Below are positions 26,270 to 37,832 of a stretch of DNA of 64,000 bases, in pieces (the first letter of the stretch is position 1; each line of letters starts with the position of its first letter). This DNA is from Octopus sinensis. Taxonomy: Eukaryota. The stretch covers positions 75,640,001 to 75,704,000 of the forward strand of contig NC_042999.1 in NCBI RefSeq assembly GCF_006345805.1. The letters are read 5' to 3'. The position numbers and the translations under genes were made by a program. Below the pieces are notes generated by a model. The model saw nothing but the letters and a program-made list of their open reading frames with translations. It had not been told where the DNA came from and ran no database searches.

Positions 26270-26480
26270 AGTTGAATGGCCGTTGACTATGTTGTAGTTC
26301 CTTCGCCCTTTGACGGGTCTTATATTTTTGTCCCACAGGGTGTTCAACAAGCACCCACCTCACCAAGCAGGCCTGGTGGGGTTCCCAGTTTAGTCGCCGA
26401 CGACCCAACCATGGAACAGGTTGTACTAGACTACATGGTACCAGTAGCACTCAAGAGCGACCTGACATGTTGGTATTAAT
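26270..26480 (-). mobile_element. Possible second RTE-type 5' UTR fragment
   Basis: GC-richer island with gtcggcgactaaactgggaaccccacc; resemblance recalled, not computed. Confidence 0.3.
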
Positions 26481-27026
26481 TATTCCTTAATAAGCCTATT
26501 GGCTGTTTGTGATATCGGAGCCTGAACAGTCACTAAAATTCCATATACTGCTTGCTGTGAGATTTGGCTGTATGCAACAACCTGACGTCTGATACGCAAG
26601 CAGCCAACAGGCTTATTAAAATATATCTAATAGCGACAAAAGTATATTGATACCAAAAGACAATTCTTATATCCAACTTAAAGTGGATGTATTGTCATAG
26701 CATCGTGGAGAGAAGGGGCACATCGAAATTATGTGATCTGGCAGTATAAATATACGTTCCTTTATGCATCATGTGTCCATATAAGAGGACCTTTCCCGGT
26801 AAGTAACGCAGTATTCGGCGCTCTAACAATACCTTCACCTTAAGCTGGATATAAAGATTGCTTTTGGTATTAATGCGGTTTCTGTCGCTAATAGTTATTG
26901 TACAGCACAGATCTTTTTAAATATATTTACTTTATTTACAGTGCTTGGATCTAAGTTGATAAAACTTGTTCTTTCCTTAAATTATATTTCATTTCTTCCT
27001 ATTTCTCTAAATTCTTGGCACAGGTA

Positions 27027-27180
27027 CAGGAGTGACTGTGTGGTAAGAGGCTTGCTTCCCAACCACATGGTTCCGGGTTCGGTCTCACTGCATGGCACCT
27101 TGGGCAAGTTGTCTTCTACTATAGCCTCCACCAAAGCCTTGTGAGTTGATTTGGTAGGCGGAAACTGAAAGAAACCGTTA

Positions 27181-27217
<37 letters not shown>

Positions 27218-27456
27218 ACATATATATATTTGTGAGTGTGTGTCTTTGTCTGTGTGTGTCTGTGTTTGTTCCCTCTCCATTGCTTGACAACTGATGTTGG
27301 TGTGTTTACGTCCTCGTAACATTAGCGGTTCGGCAAAAGACACCGACAGAATAAAGTTCTGGGCTTAAAAGAATAAGTCCTGGGGTCGATTTGTTCGACT
27401 AAAGGCGAAGCTCCAGCATGGCCGCAGTCAAGTGACTGAAACAAATAAGAGAATAA
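27027..27456 (+). mobile_element. SINE family A, full length
   Basis: tRNA-like head gtggtaagaggcttgcttcccaaccacatggttccgggttcggtc, central TA/TG tract, conserved 3' domain and AAG-rich tail. Confidence 0.9.
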
Positions 27457-27469
27457 CCGGTTTTTCTCC

Positions 27470-27702
27470 CTTTTTTTTGCTTCAGTCATTAGACTGCAGC
27501 CGTGCAGCAGCACTACCCAGAAGAATTTTAGTCGAACGAATCGACCCCAGTACATATTATTATTATTGTCGATGTTGTTATTGTTATTATTCATTTATTT
27601 ATTTGTAAACCCTGGCACTTATTTTATCAGTCTGCTTAGCCGAACTGCAAAGTTACGGGGATGTAAACATACCAAAACCAGTTGTCAAGCAGTGGTGGTG
27701 AA

Positions 27703-27785
<83 letters not shown>

Positions 27786-28230
27786 AAAAATACAAAATGA
27801 GACAAGAACCCAAAACATCCAAATAGACGATACTAAAAACACGGACGGGTCATTCGAAGCCTTTAATCTTCAGTCAAGAACCGGATCATCCTCGCAATTT
27901 CGGTTGGGGACAAACAAGGACAGACAAAGGGATTAAGTCGATTACATCGACCCCAGTGCGTAATTAAGTACCAGTTACGCACTGGGGTCGATGTAATCGA
28001 CTTAATCCCTTTGTCTGTCCTTGTTTGTCCCCTCTATGTTTAGCCTCTTGTGGGTAGTAAAGAAATATATATATATATATATATGGCCTGCTTCTTTCAG
28101 TTTCCGTCTACCATATCCACCCACAAGGCCTTATTTAACTCCAGGCTGCAGTAGTAGCTCAGGGTGCCACGCAGTGGGACTGAACTAGGAAGTATGTAGG
28201 TGAGAAGCAAACTTCTTACTAGACTAGCCA
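27470..28230 (-). mobile_element. SINE family A split by an insertion (3' half 27470-27710, 5' half 28085-28230)
   Basis: Both halves are reverse complements of family A. The foreign block 27781-28066 sits in the central microsatellite. Confidence 0.8.
27906..28032. repeat. Perfect 58-bp inverted repeat with an 11-nt loop, made of SINE-B tail sequence
   Basis: 27906-27963 is the exact reverse complement of 27975-28032; loop ttaagtaccag. Confidence 0.97.
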
Positions 28231-28550
28231 TTTCAGAATAGTGGGAATTTTACCGGTCTGTTAAATTATAAGGCACAAAAAGAAAATGACTCTCCCCAGA
28301 CACAACAGAATATGCTTCAACGCACGAACTCACATAAAGAATCTTGCAGACCAAATCCCAAAACAAAATAGTAATACAGATGTATATAGAGAGAGTATTA
28401 ATGAGTTTTATAATATGCTATGGTAATTAAAGTTTTATAAGATGCTATGCTAATTAAAGTTGTGCTGATAAGATATCCGGAAACTGACAACTCTCCGATC
28501 CCCGTGGTGCCAGATGGCTGGTGTGGGTGTTGCATTTGCGCGTGTGTTTG

Positions 28551-28638
<88 letters not shown>

Positions 28639-29323
28639 TGTGTGTTTGTGTGTTTGTATAAGCCGCATGTTTCTGAGTGAAGTAGAGCATCTAGAGTTCT
28701 GTGGTTTTCTTCTTATTAGCAAGCATGGTGAAGTATAGCCGCTGCAGCTGGGGATTGAAACTGCAATTTGGTATCAGTGAGTTAAGAGCTTACTTCATGC
28801 TGCTACTATGTCTGTCTTCCAAGGTAAATACTGTCATCAGAAGTAACATAGGTGACTACTCATAAAATATGGCCCTCTTTCGCATATCTTTGTTTCCATA
28901 GCAACCCAATGATAAGATAAGACAACAGCTTGGATTCTCCGCCCTCACCCCCACCTCTCCCTTTCTGAATTAGTGACCATCAAGCTGAGGTAAAAAGTGG
29001 TGGAAATGTATTTGTGATGTCGATGGTAATAGAGGAAGTGGTGGTGAGTTTGTGGAAACGGTGGTGTCAAAGGTGGAGATGTGTTAGTGGTGGTGGTGGT
29101 GGTTGTGGTTGTGGTGGTGGTGGTGGTGGTGGTTGCGGTGGTGGTGGTGGTGGTAGGTTTAGTTGTTTGTTGAACTGTGGAGCCACTCCCTGTCTCTGCT
29201 GATTTACAGTACAGCTTGCTGTCACCAGTGAAAACTATATAATGGAAAAAGAAAAAAAAGAACAATCCACCAAGATTAAGATATCTGTGTAAATGCGTGC
29301 ACGATAAATATCATGTGGGTATA

Positions 29324-29377
<54 letters not shown>

Positions 29378-29410
29378 ATATGTATGTATGTATGTATATA
29401 TATATGTATG

Positions 29411-29503
<93 letters not shown>

Positions 29504-29660
29504 AGTGTGTCTGTGTATTTATATGTTTGTATGTATGTAAGTGTGCATGTATGTATCTATGTGTGTGCGTGTGTTTGCATGCACACACACACACACACAC
29601 ACACGTTTACTGTCGACTATCGGAAGAGTACGCGATACTATTGTAGATATTAATAATATA

Positions 29661-31651
29661 CGGCTTTACCCGGACATAAAACCAAATGACATCGAAATTC
29701 TGACTCAGGAATTCGATGCTTGTTATTGATGGGACAAACACGTGTTTCTTTCACTCGAAAATTTTTTTCTAAATTTTTCTAAATGGTAAACCATTCTCCT
29801 ACTCTGTATACTGTAAACAAGATCATATGAGCACACTTCATAAGCGTCAGGGTCAGAAATACATATAGAAGACATGAATCCTGCATACAAGGGGATACCC
29901 AAAAGTAACTGGAAATGTTCTCTATAGGACAAGCCCATTGTAGGTCAAGCTTCCGCCACTTGATGCAACGCTCAGGCATCAGTCTGCTGACCGGTATCTG
30001 AAGTCGTGCTGCTACATGGTGCATGTTTGTTTTGCAGTGCTTCTCCCTTGTTCGTCGATTTTTGCCGTGGCTGAAGCGAAGAGACAGCGAGGTTCCGCGA
30101 TCTAGACTTTCTCATTCGCAAAATGAGCCCCCTTAATTTTGCTCAGATTGCTTTCAATTTTGGTGTATCGATGCAACTCTGAATTTTCATTACAACCAAC
30201 CAATTACTTAATCTCGTAAATTAAAGAATCTGATGTTATTTGGAATTAAAGTTGGGAAATTTGGGCAATTTTAGCCAATCAACAGACAATGTAGCATTAG
30301 CAGCTTGTTACCATGACAACTGCACGCTGTGTTGTGGTTCACTGTTGTCTGTGCCGCTATTGTCTATGTTGATTTTTCACACAGTATTTTTACATATTTT
30401 TCATTTCATATATTTTCGGGACTCATTGACTCAGATAGCTGGATTTATGATTTAACTAGGTTAATTTTATTCATAAAAATTTTAATTAGGAGTATTTCTT
30501 AAACCGTTAGCTTCACATTTCAACAGCTCGGCTGAAATTTAGCATACGTAACAGGAACTTTGATGGATATCGTGGAACAGAGAAACTGTGGGTGATACTG
30601 ATAATTTGACATTATTTTCTAATTCTGCATGCAAAAACATATGATACAGGTATTCTTCTCCTTGGGAGAAATTCTTTGTTGACCAATGTTATTCTTATCG
30701 TAGTTTACAAATCCAAGCATGAAAACGTTACTCAACTTTGGAGTTTTGGAGACAGACGCCTTTTCATACACACGCACACATGCACTTATATATTAATGAT
30801 GTTCTCATGAATAAAGTCCTTGAAGAAAAATGTTTTGTAGATGTGGAAGAGGTGAAGAAAAAAGGACGGAGGCGTTAAAAGGTATCACTTCGCAAGAGTT
30901 CTAGGACTGCTTCGAACAGTGGAAAATGCGTCTGGATCGATGCATTGCTTCAAATAGAGAATACATTGAAGGTGATAAAAGTGCAAACATGTAAAACTAA
31001 GTGAATAAAATAATATTGTAAAATTCCCGTTTCTTTGGAGCATTGTAATTGACATTTTCGAGTGGTGGAATGTTAGTGTAGAAGATCGAAGCGATGGTGA
31101 AACCGTTTCATGTATAACGGAAGTCAATCAACATACATATAATTTTATTTTAGGTTGAGTCAGTCTCCGCTACATTGAGTTTCACATGTGGGTGAACAGG
31201 GTTTCCGGATAAGTTACGAGATGTTACTTGCCTATAGGCCTAGTGCACTCACAGATGAAATTCAGCATAGCAGAGTCTGACACGTCTCATATAAAATCGT
31301 ATGCATGTCGATTAACTTCCGCTATTCGTGAAACGGTTTCACCATCGCTCCGCTCTTCTACATCAACATTCCACCACTCGAAAATATCAGTTACAGTATT
31401 ATTTTCAAATATACTTATACACATATACAGGATTCGTGTATTTTTCTATACTCATTGCCGATCCTGACAATTATGAAGTCTGCCTGTATGACCCTGTTCA
31501 CAGAGTACAGAGCAGGATGGCGGTTTAGCATTTAGAAAAATTTCGAGAAAATGTTCCAGTGAAAAAAATTGAGTTTGTCCCTTCAGTAACAGGCATCGAA
31601 TTCCTGAGCCAGAATTTCCGTATCATTTGGTTTTATGTCCAGATAAAGCCA
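29661..31651. mobile_element. Foldback/long-TIR element (~400-bp arms, 38-bp spacer) interrupted by a mariner relic
   Basis: 29661-29887 pairs with 31424-31651 and 31044-31200 pairs with 31239-31395 (roughly 75-80% identity). Confidence 0.85.
29888..31038 (+). mobile_element. Degenerate mariner relic
   Basis: TA|caaggggatacccaaaagtaactggaa left TIR; partial right TIR ttcccgtttctttgg. C-terminal transposase at ~30805-30995: EEVKKKRTEALKGITSQEF*DCFEQWKMRLDRCIASNREYIEGD. Confidence 0.8.
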
Positions 31652-32602
31652 TGCTTGGTCAAGATTTGAAATATGTCTGGCTACAACAGAATAAAGATAA
31701 TGAAGATCTTCCTTCTGGGAGTCTCGAGGTACTCGATACGAATTTGTAATTAAACTTAGGGGAAGATTAGGAAGCGGATTCTGATCGGAAGTTTTTCAAG
31801 CTTGGTGCTGGAAGAATTGCAGGGAATCAGTCTTTGGTGGATAACAACTAGTCTGAACAAATTAAACAGCGGTGCATCAGCATGGCCGCAGCTCTGAGCT
31901 GAAACTAGAAAGAAAAAAAAAACAGTCAAGAGAATTTACCAGTCGATCAATTTAGTTCAATAGCATCGGAAGGAATTGAACGAAGAAAAGACATGAAATC
32001 AGCAGTTTCTGTTGTTAGAGCAATAGGATCTTTGACATTAGTCTAAAGTGAATGTGACGAAATCAGAGAAACCTCGTGTCCATCAGACTGTGACAGAAAA
32101 TGCCTCAACTGTGAAATCAACCAATTTATCTGTATCTGTTATAGTAAAATTTGGATATGTGGTGTGAATCAGAATTGTAAAAGAAAGAAAGCCAAAACAA
32201 AGAATGCCTGTGCCAGAACAGTGATTAAGTAGAAACCACCTACCCCTATGTCGACTGAAAATGAAGACAAAACAATTCCCATATTTGGAAGTAACTTCGT
32301 TGGATTAACATATTGGAAGAACGAGAGTCTGCTGGATTGTCAGCTGATAAATACCAGATCACCAAAATAACAATGAAAGAAACGTTATGTAAACAATTAG
32401 AAGCCCTGAAATTAAGAAATAATCGAAGACTAGCGAAGCCTTAACTGACGTAATACTTTAAATTAATAGATTCAAACTTATTCTATTTTTCTTTATAAAT
32501 ATGTATGTATAAATATGTATATATATATATATATATAAAAATTCAGGGTGAATACTTGATAGTTGTAAGCACCTGTATATGTCCTTGAAGTAGTAATTGT
32601 AC

Positions 32603-32690
32603 GCGGCTGAAGAAGGCCATAGACACACATTTACATCAATTATGCATTGTTATAAAACCGTCTAATAAAGGCCCAAAACATATGTACCGC
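32603..32690 (+). ncRNA. Degenerate type I hammerhead ribozyme (G12 mutated)
   Basis: gcgg-CTGAAGA-a-ggcc...ggccc-AAAA-catatg-TA-ccgc: stem I gcgg/ccgc, palindromic stem III ACATATGT, GUA triplet; GAAA reads AAAA. Confidence 0.6.
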
Positions 32691-32737
32691 TGAATCCATT
32701 GAATTATGTTTTTATTTTGATTAATATATATATATAC

Positions 32738-32810
<73 letters not shown>

Positions 32811-32817
<7 letters not shown>

Positions 32818-33649
32818 AATAAATGTTTTATATATAAAGAACGTGAAATACAGGAAGGGACAAACACGGAACACAGACAAATCATTCGAAGCCTTCAATC
32901 TTCAGTCAGACACCGAATCATCATAGCAAATTTCGGCTGTTCAATTCTGATATTTGCTCCAACTCGGCCAACCCCAAGAAAAGAAACTAAGCTGTAAGCA
33001 TTAGATTTCTTGGTAGAAGACAGGAATGTGAACGCACGAGACGGATGTAAATACGAGAGACGAAAACGAAATTGAAAACGGTAACGGTTAAACAAAATAT
33101 AATATAACGGTGGTTGTCATACGACTTTAGACCAAATGAGACAAAAACAACAAACATAGCAGCAGGCGTAGAAATAATTACCTTTTCGGTAGAGGGGACA
33201 AATACAGATGTTGTCGAGATACGATCGCCAACGAAATGGTGGAGAAGCAGCAGGTTGCAGGGGAGAGAGAGAAAGAGAGACAGAGAGAGAGGGAATCAAA
33301 GAGGGTGGAAGGCAGGGGACAGAATCAGTCAGAGACCAAGAGAAAAAGAGAGAGAAGGGATTGAGGAGGATGGGTGGAAGAGGGGGAAGAAAAAAGGGCG
33401 CCAAAATAGTTTGGTCAAGAAGCAATGGCGGGTAGGAAAGAGAAAGTATATAGAAGTCGTGCAGGGTTTAAAATTGGATAAACAAACGGGGGGGGGGTGC
33501 ACGTAACGCCGCAATAATATAAGAATAAATGTTTTATATATAAAGAACGTGAAATACAGGAAGGGACAAACACGGAACACAGACAAATCATTCGAAGCCT
33601 TCAATCTTCAGTCAGACACCGAATCATCATAGCAAATTTCTCTCCGTTT

Positions 33650-33656
<7 letters not shown>
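32811..33656. mobile_element. Non-coding element with identical 124-bp direct terminal repeats and a short inverted tail (PLE-like mini-element)
   Basis: 32811-32934 equals 33517-33640. The tail ccgtttgtttat near 33644-33655 is inverted relative to ataaacaaacgg near 33478-33489. Confidence 0.75.
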
Positions 33657-33715
<59 letters not shown>

Positions 33716-33749
33716 CATATATATATATTATATATATATATTATATATA

Positions 33750-33794
<45 letters not shown>

Positions 33795-33838
33795 TATAAT
33801 ATTATATATATATATATTATATATATATATATACATAA

Positions 33839-34297
<459 letters not shown>

Positions 34298-34580
34298 TAT
34301 ATGTATGTATATATATATATGTATATATGCATACATGGATACATACATACATACATACATACATACATACATACATACATACATACATACATACATACAT
34401 ACATACATACATACATACATACATAAAAATAATTGTGAATTGTGCTATAACATAACGAACATAACTTCAGAATATTTCATGGAAATTTAAAACACCAGAC
34501 TCTGCAAGTAATTTCATCGTATAGTCAGAGGCACCTGAACAAATGACTGTGATCGTCTGCTGATCTCACGATGTTAAAGT

Positions 34581-34802
34581 CAGCGAGCTGGCAATAATGT
34601 TAGCACACCGGATAAAACAGCGAAATTTCGTCTCTTTTCAAGTTCCGAATTCAAATTCCGTCTCTTTTCACCACGTTCTGAGTTCAAATTCCGCTGAAGT
34701 AGAATCTGCCTTTCATCGTTTCGGGGTCACTAAAATAAATACCAGTTGATCTCTGGATCTCTCCAAATATTTCAGGCCTTGTGCCAATGATAGAAAGAGT
34801 TA
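34581..34802 (+). mobile_element. SINE family B, degenerate, with internal duplication of the B-box region
   Basis: gcgagctggca head; two ttcaaattccg blocks; cttgtgcc...gaaag tail. Confidence 0.75.
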
Positions 34803-36054
34803 TATAGTCACAGGCAATAGATGTACGCGGCAGATTTCACTCTTAACAAATATCAGAATCACCATATATGGCATGCACTAAGAAAGTGAGGACAATCGAT
34901 AAATACGAATTCAGTAACAAACAATAAAGTAAATACAATAAAATGAAAATCTAAAAGAAAAAATAAGTTTATCATAAAAATTTGTTTTCTAAAGATTCAT
35001 CTGACTATTACGTTGTGTCTAAATGAATAAATAATATGATGAAGAAAACAGAGTGAGATAATAAAATAAAAGAATAAATAAGCAAGCAAATAGAATGAAA
35101 TGTATACAGAGAAATGAAGGAAAAACAAATAGGGTTTAACACTTAAACATTTAAACCGGCCGTATATGGATCAAATATTCTACTTCTTTTACGTTCAAAC
35201 TGACCGGAGCTGGTTTCTAATCTTACAATGTCATTTTGAAAATAGGAATCACATATCTGAATATTCAACACTACAAGATGACGTATGATTAGTTCACAAC
35301 AATGTGAATAAATAAGCATTACATTTGACAAAGAAATCTAAATTATACAGGGTTAAAGATCGACAGAGGAGACTTGGCTTCTTAAAGACCATGTTTTTTA
35401 TGTTTTAGTCGAGGTACTTAGGTGCATAGCAAGGCGACCTAAACAACTAGAATTTCACGCACTACTTATTAAAGACAGACATGCCATTCTAAGACCTTTG
35501 ATAATGGCACTAATATATAAAAGCATACACCTAATATTAATATTCCCAGATACACCCATACACATGCATTCACATACACACGCCCTCTCTCGTTCTCTCT
35601 CTCTCTCTCTCCCACCAGTTCGGACACAAAATAATTATATTAAATAGTAATTTCATAAATAGTAATTCATCATTTTGTTTACGTGACCGAATCAGTCTAT
35701 ATCATTATTTGCGTATATATACACATACATATTCATACCTATGCAGGGGATATTCACATACATACATACATACATACATACATACATACATACATACATA
35801 CATACATACATACATCGATTCATGGCCTATCAAGCTATTTCACAATCAATCGTAAATATTAGGATATACTACACTATAGTTAAGATTATATATTATGTAA
35901 ATGAAGATGACAAGCTAAAACTGAGGAATCATACATAATAAAAAAAAAGCACAAGAAACAAATCTGGAAATAAATCAAAGGGGTTACATTTTAATTAACT
36001 GGCAGTATTATTAGAGCACATGGTTTACGTTAATAGTTTAGTTATTACTGAAAT

Positions 36055-36400
36055 ATAGAGGGGAGCATCAGTATATAATAATAATATGATAATGAAATTA
36101 TTGTATACAATGCTCAGGTGCACCACAACTTGTCAAAAGTGCGTATAAAGCATATGCAGTAATGTACAAATGTCTGGAAAGCGAACAGTGTATGAGTCAG
36201 ATACATGCTTGCACGTGTATGGAGGGGAGAAAATCAAGTGTAGTGTTGGCGAAACTCAGGAAGCATGGAAGTTTTGAAGGATGCAGTGCTCCGACAACTA
36301 ACAACTGATGCCGGTAGTTTGTTCCATGCTTCAGTAACTCTTAGCCTGAAAAAATGTTTCCGAAAGTCATGGGAGCTGTGCTGTTTTATGACTTTGTAAA
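36055..36400 (-). mobile_element. CR1-clade LINE 3' end
   Basis: HSSHDFRKHFFRLRVTEAWNKLPASVVSCRSTASFK followed by a 3' UTR. Confidence 0.85.
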
Positions 36401-36559
36401 CGGATTATACTCGAGGATTTACATGTGCGGATTATACTCGAGGATTTGCATCCAGCAAGTGGATACAAGGAACTATTTCTAAAATTGCAGAGTTCGTTTA
36501 CTCGACTGGTTGCATTAGGATTATTGCTTATTGTTGTACTACGATGTGTGTTATTTTCC

Positions 36560-36900
36560 TGATTTTTAAATCTCGGTGGATAAATGCTATTGTTTAGATT
36601 GTTAATTTGGGGGATTTTACAATTAGAGGATAAACTGTCTAATCTTATATTGTTGAATCTTAGCTATGTATTGGGCAATATTAAATGTTGGGGCGTTGAC
36701 CAGCTTCACAGAGCGTCTGTTAAAATCTTCCAGTATGAGCTAGATGTAAAGAAATGCTTTTCTAAAGCTTTGGAAAATTCGACGGTTATGTTGGTTGCTA
36801 AATTTAATGTGCATGATGGATTAAACCACACCATGCTTCTCTTACATAATCGTCTATAATTTTTATTTCTGCCGTATTAGTTCGAGTGGAGTTATAGGTA
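36560..36900 (-). mobile_element. Degenerate PLE (Naiad/Neptune-like) linker fragment
   Basis: WFNPSCTLNLATNITVEFSKALEKHF..SSYWKIFNRRSVKL resembles IIWFNPP...NIG..F...KHF...KIFNR..K. Confidence 0.6.
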
Positions 36901-37119
36901 AGGTGAGTAGTCTTTACTTTAGGCTCATCGGTTAATTATTTTCTATTTCCACCTTCGAGGCTTAATTGCTACTCGAGTATTAATATATTTTGGCCTAAAC
37001 GTTTCTACATTATTTTCCCTGCAATTATTGCCGCAGTTTATTATTTTCCAATTGTCCTTTCTACTTGAGCTATCATTTTTGCCTAGTTAATTATTAACAT
37101 GGTTTCTACCTTTCGTATA

Positions 37120-37191
37120 ATCATCCTCATCATCATCATCAGTAGTAGTAGCAGCGGCAGCAGCAACAGCAGCAGTAGCAACAGCAGCAGC

Positions 37192-37252
<61 letters not shown>

Positions 37253-37254
37253 CT

Positions 37255-37323
<69 letters not shown>

Positions 37324-37400
37324 GGTGGTGGTGGTGGTGGTGGTGGTGGTGGTGGTGGTGGCGGTGGTGGTGGTGGTGTTGGTGGTGGTGGTGGTACAGC
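37120..37400. repeat. Compound trinucleotide array (CAT/AGT/AGC/GGT)
   Basis: Directly visible. Confidence 0.95.
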
Positions 37401-37555
37401 TGTTATAATCAGCATTCGTTGTGTTGAAATACCTTTCATTTTAACAACTAATAGGATCCAAAGTTTTCATGCACTTGTGTCTAGCTATAGTATCGTGGTT
37501 AATATGCTACTTAATATAATTTTGCTATTAATATTTATCTTCCTACAATGATATC

Positions 37556-37589
<34 letters not shown>

Positions 37590-37603
37590 GTTGTTATTAT
37601 TAT

Positions 37604-37742
37604 TTTTTTTCCTCTTTCTTCAAATTTTCTTCCGTTTCTCGCCGAGTATTTTCCATACACCTAGGGCAGAGAAGCTCATTGTATGCATTCCCAGATTACA
37701 CCCGCAAATTCACAGGTAAAATATGTATTTAAAAAATAAATA
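37604..37742 (-). mobile_element. Short unique insert embedded in (TAA)n, probable retroelement 3' end
   Basis: ~140 bp of complex sequence bounded on both sides by ATT repeats. Confidence 0.45.
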
Positions 37743-37744
37743 AA

Positions 37745-37807
<63 letters not shown>

Positions 37808-37832
37808 CATTATTATTATTATTATTATTATT

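Noticed and set aside
27849-27905. Calling the CTGAAGA motif here and at 32873-32938 a canonical hammerhead
   Set aside because: GAAT instead of GAAA and no stem I partner; kept only as an unexplained conserved motif.
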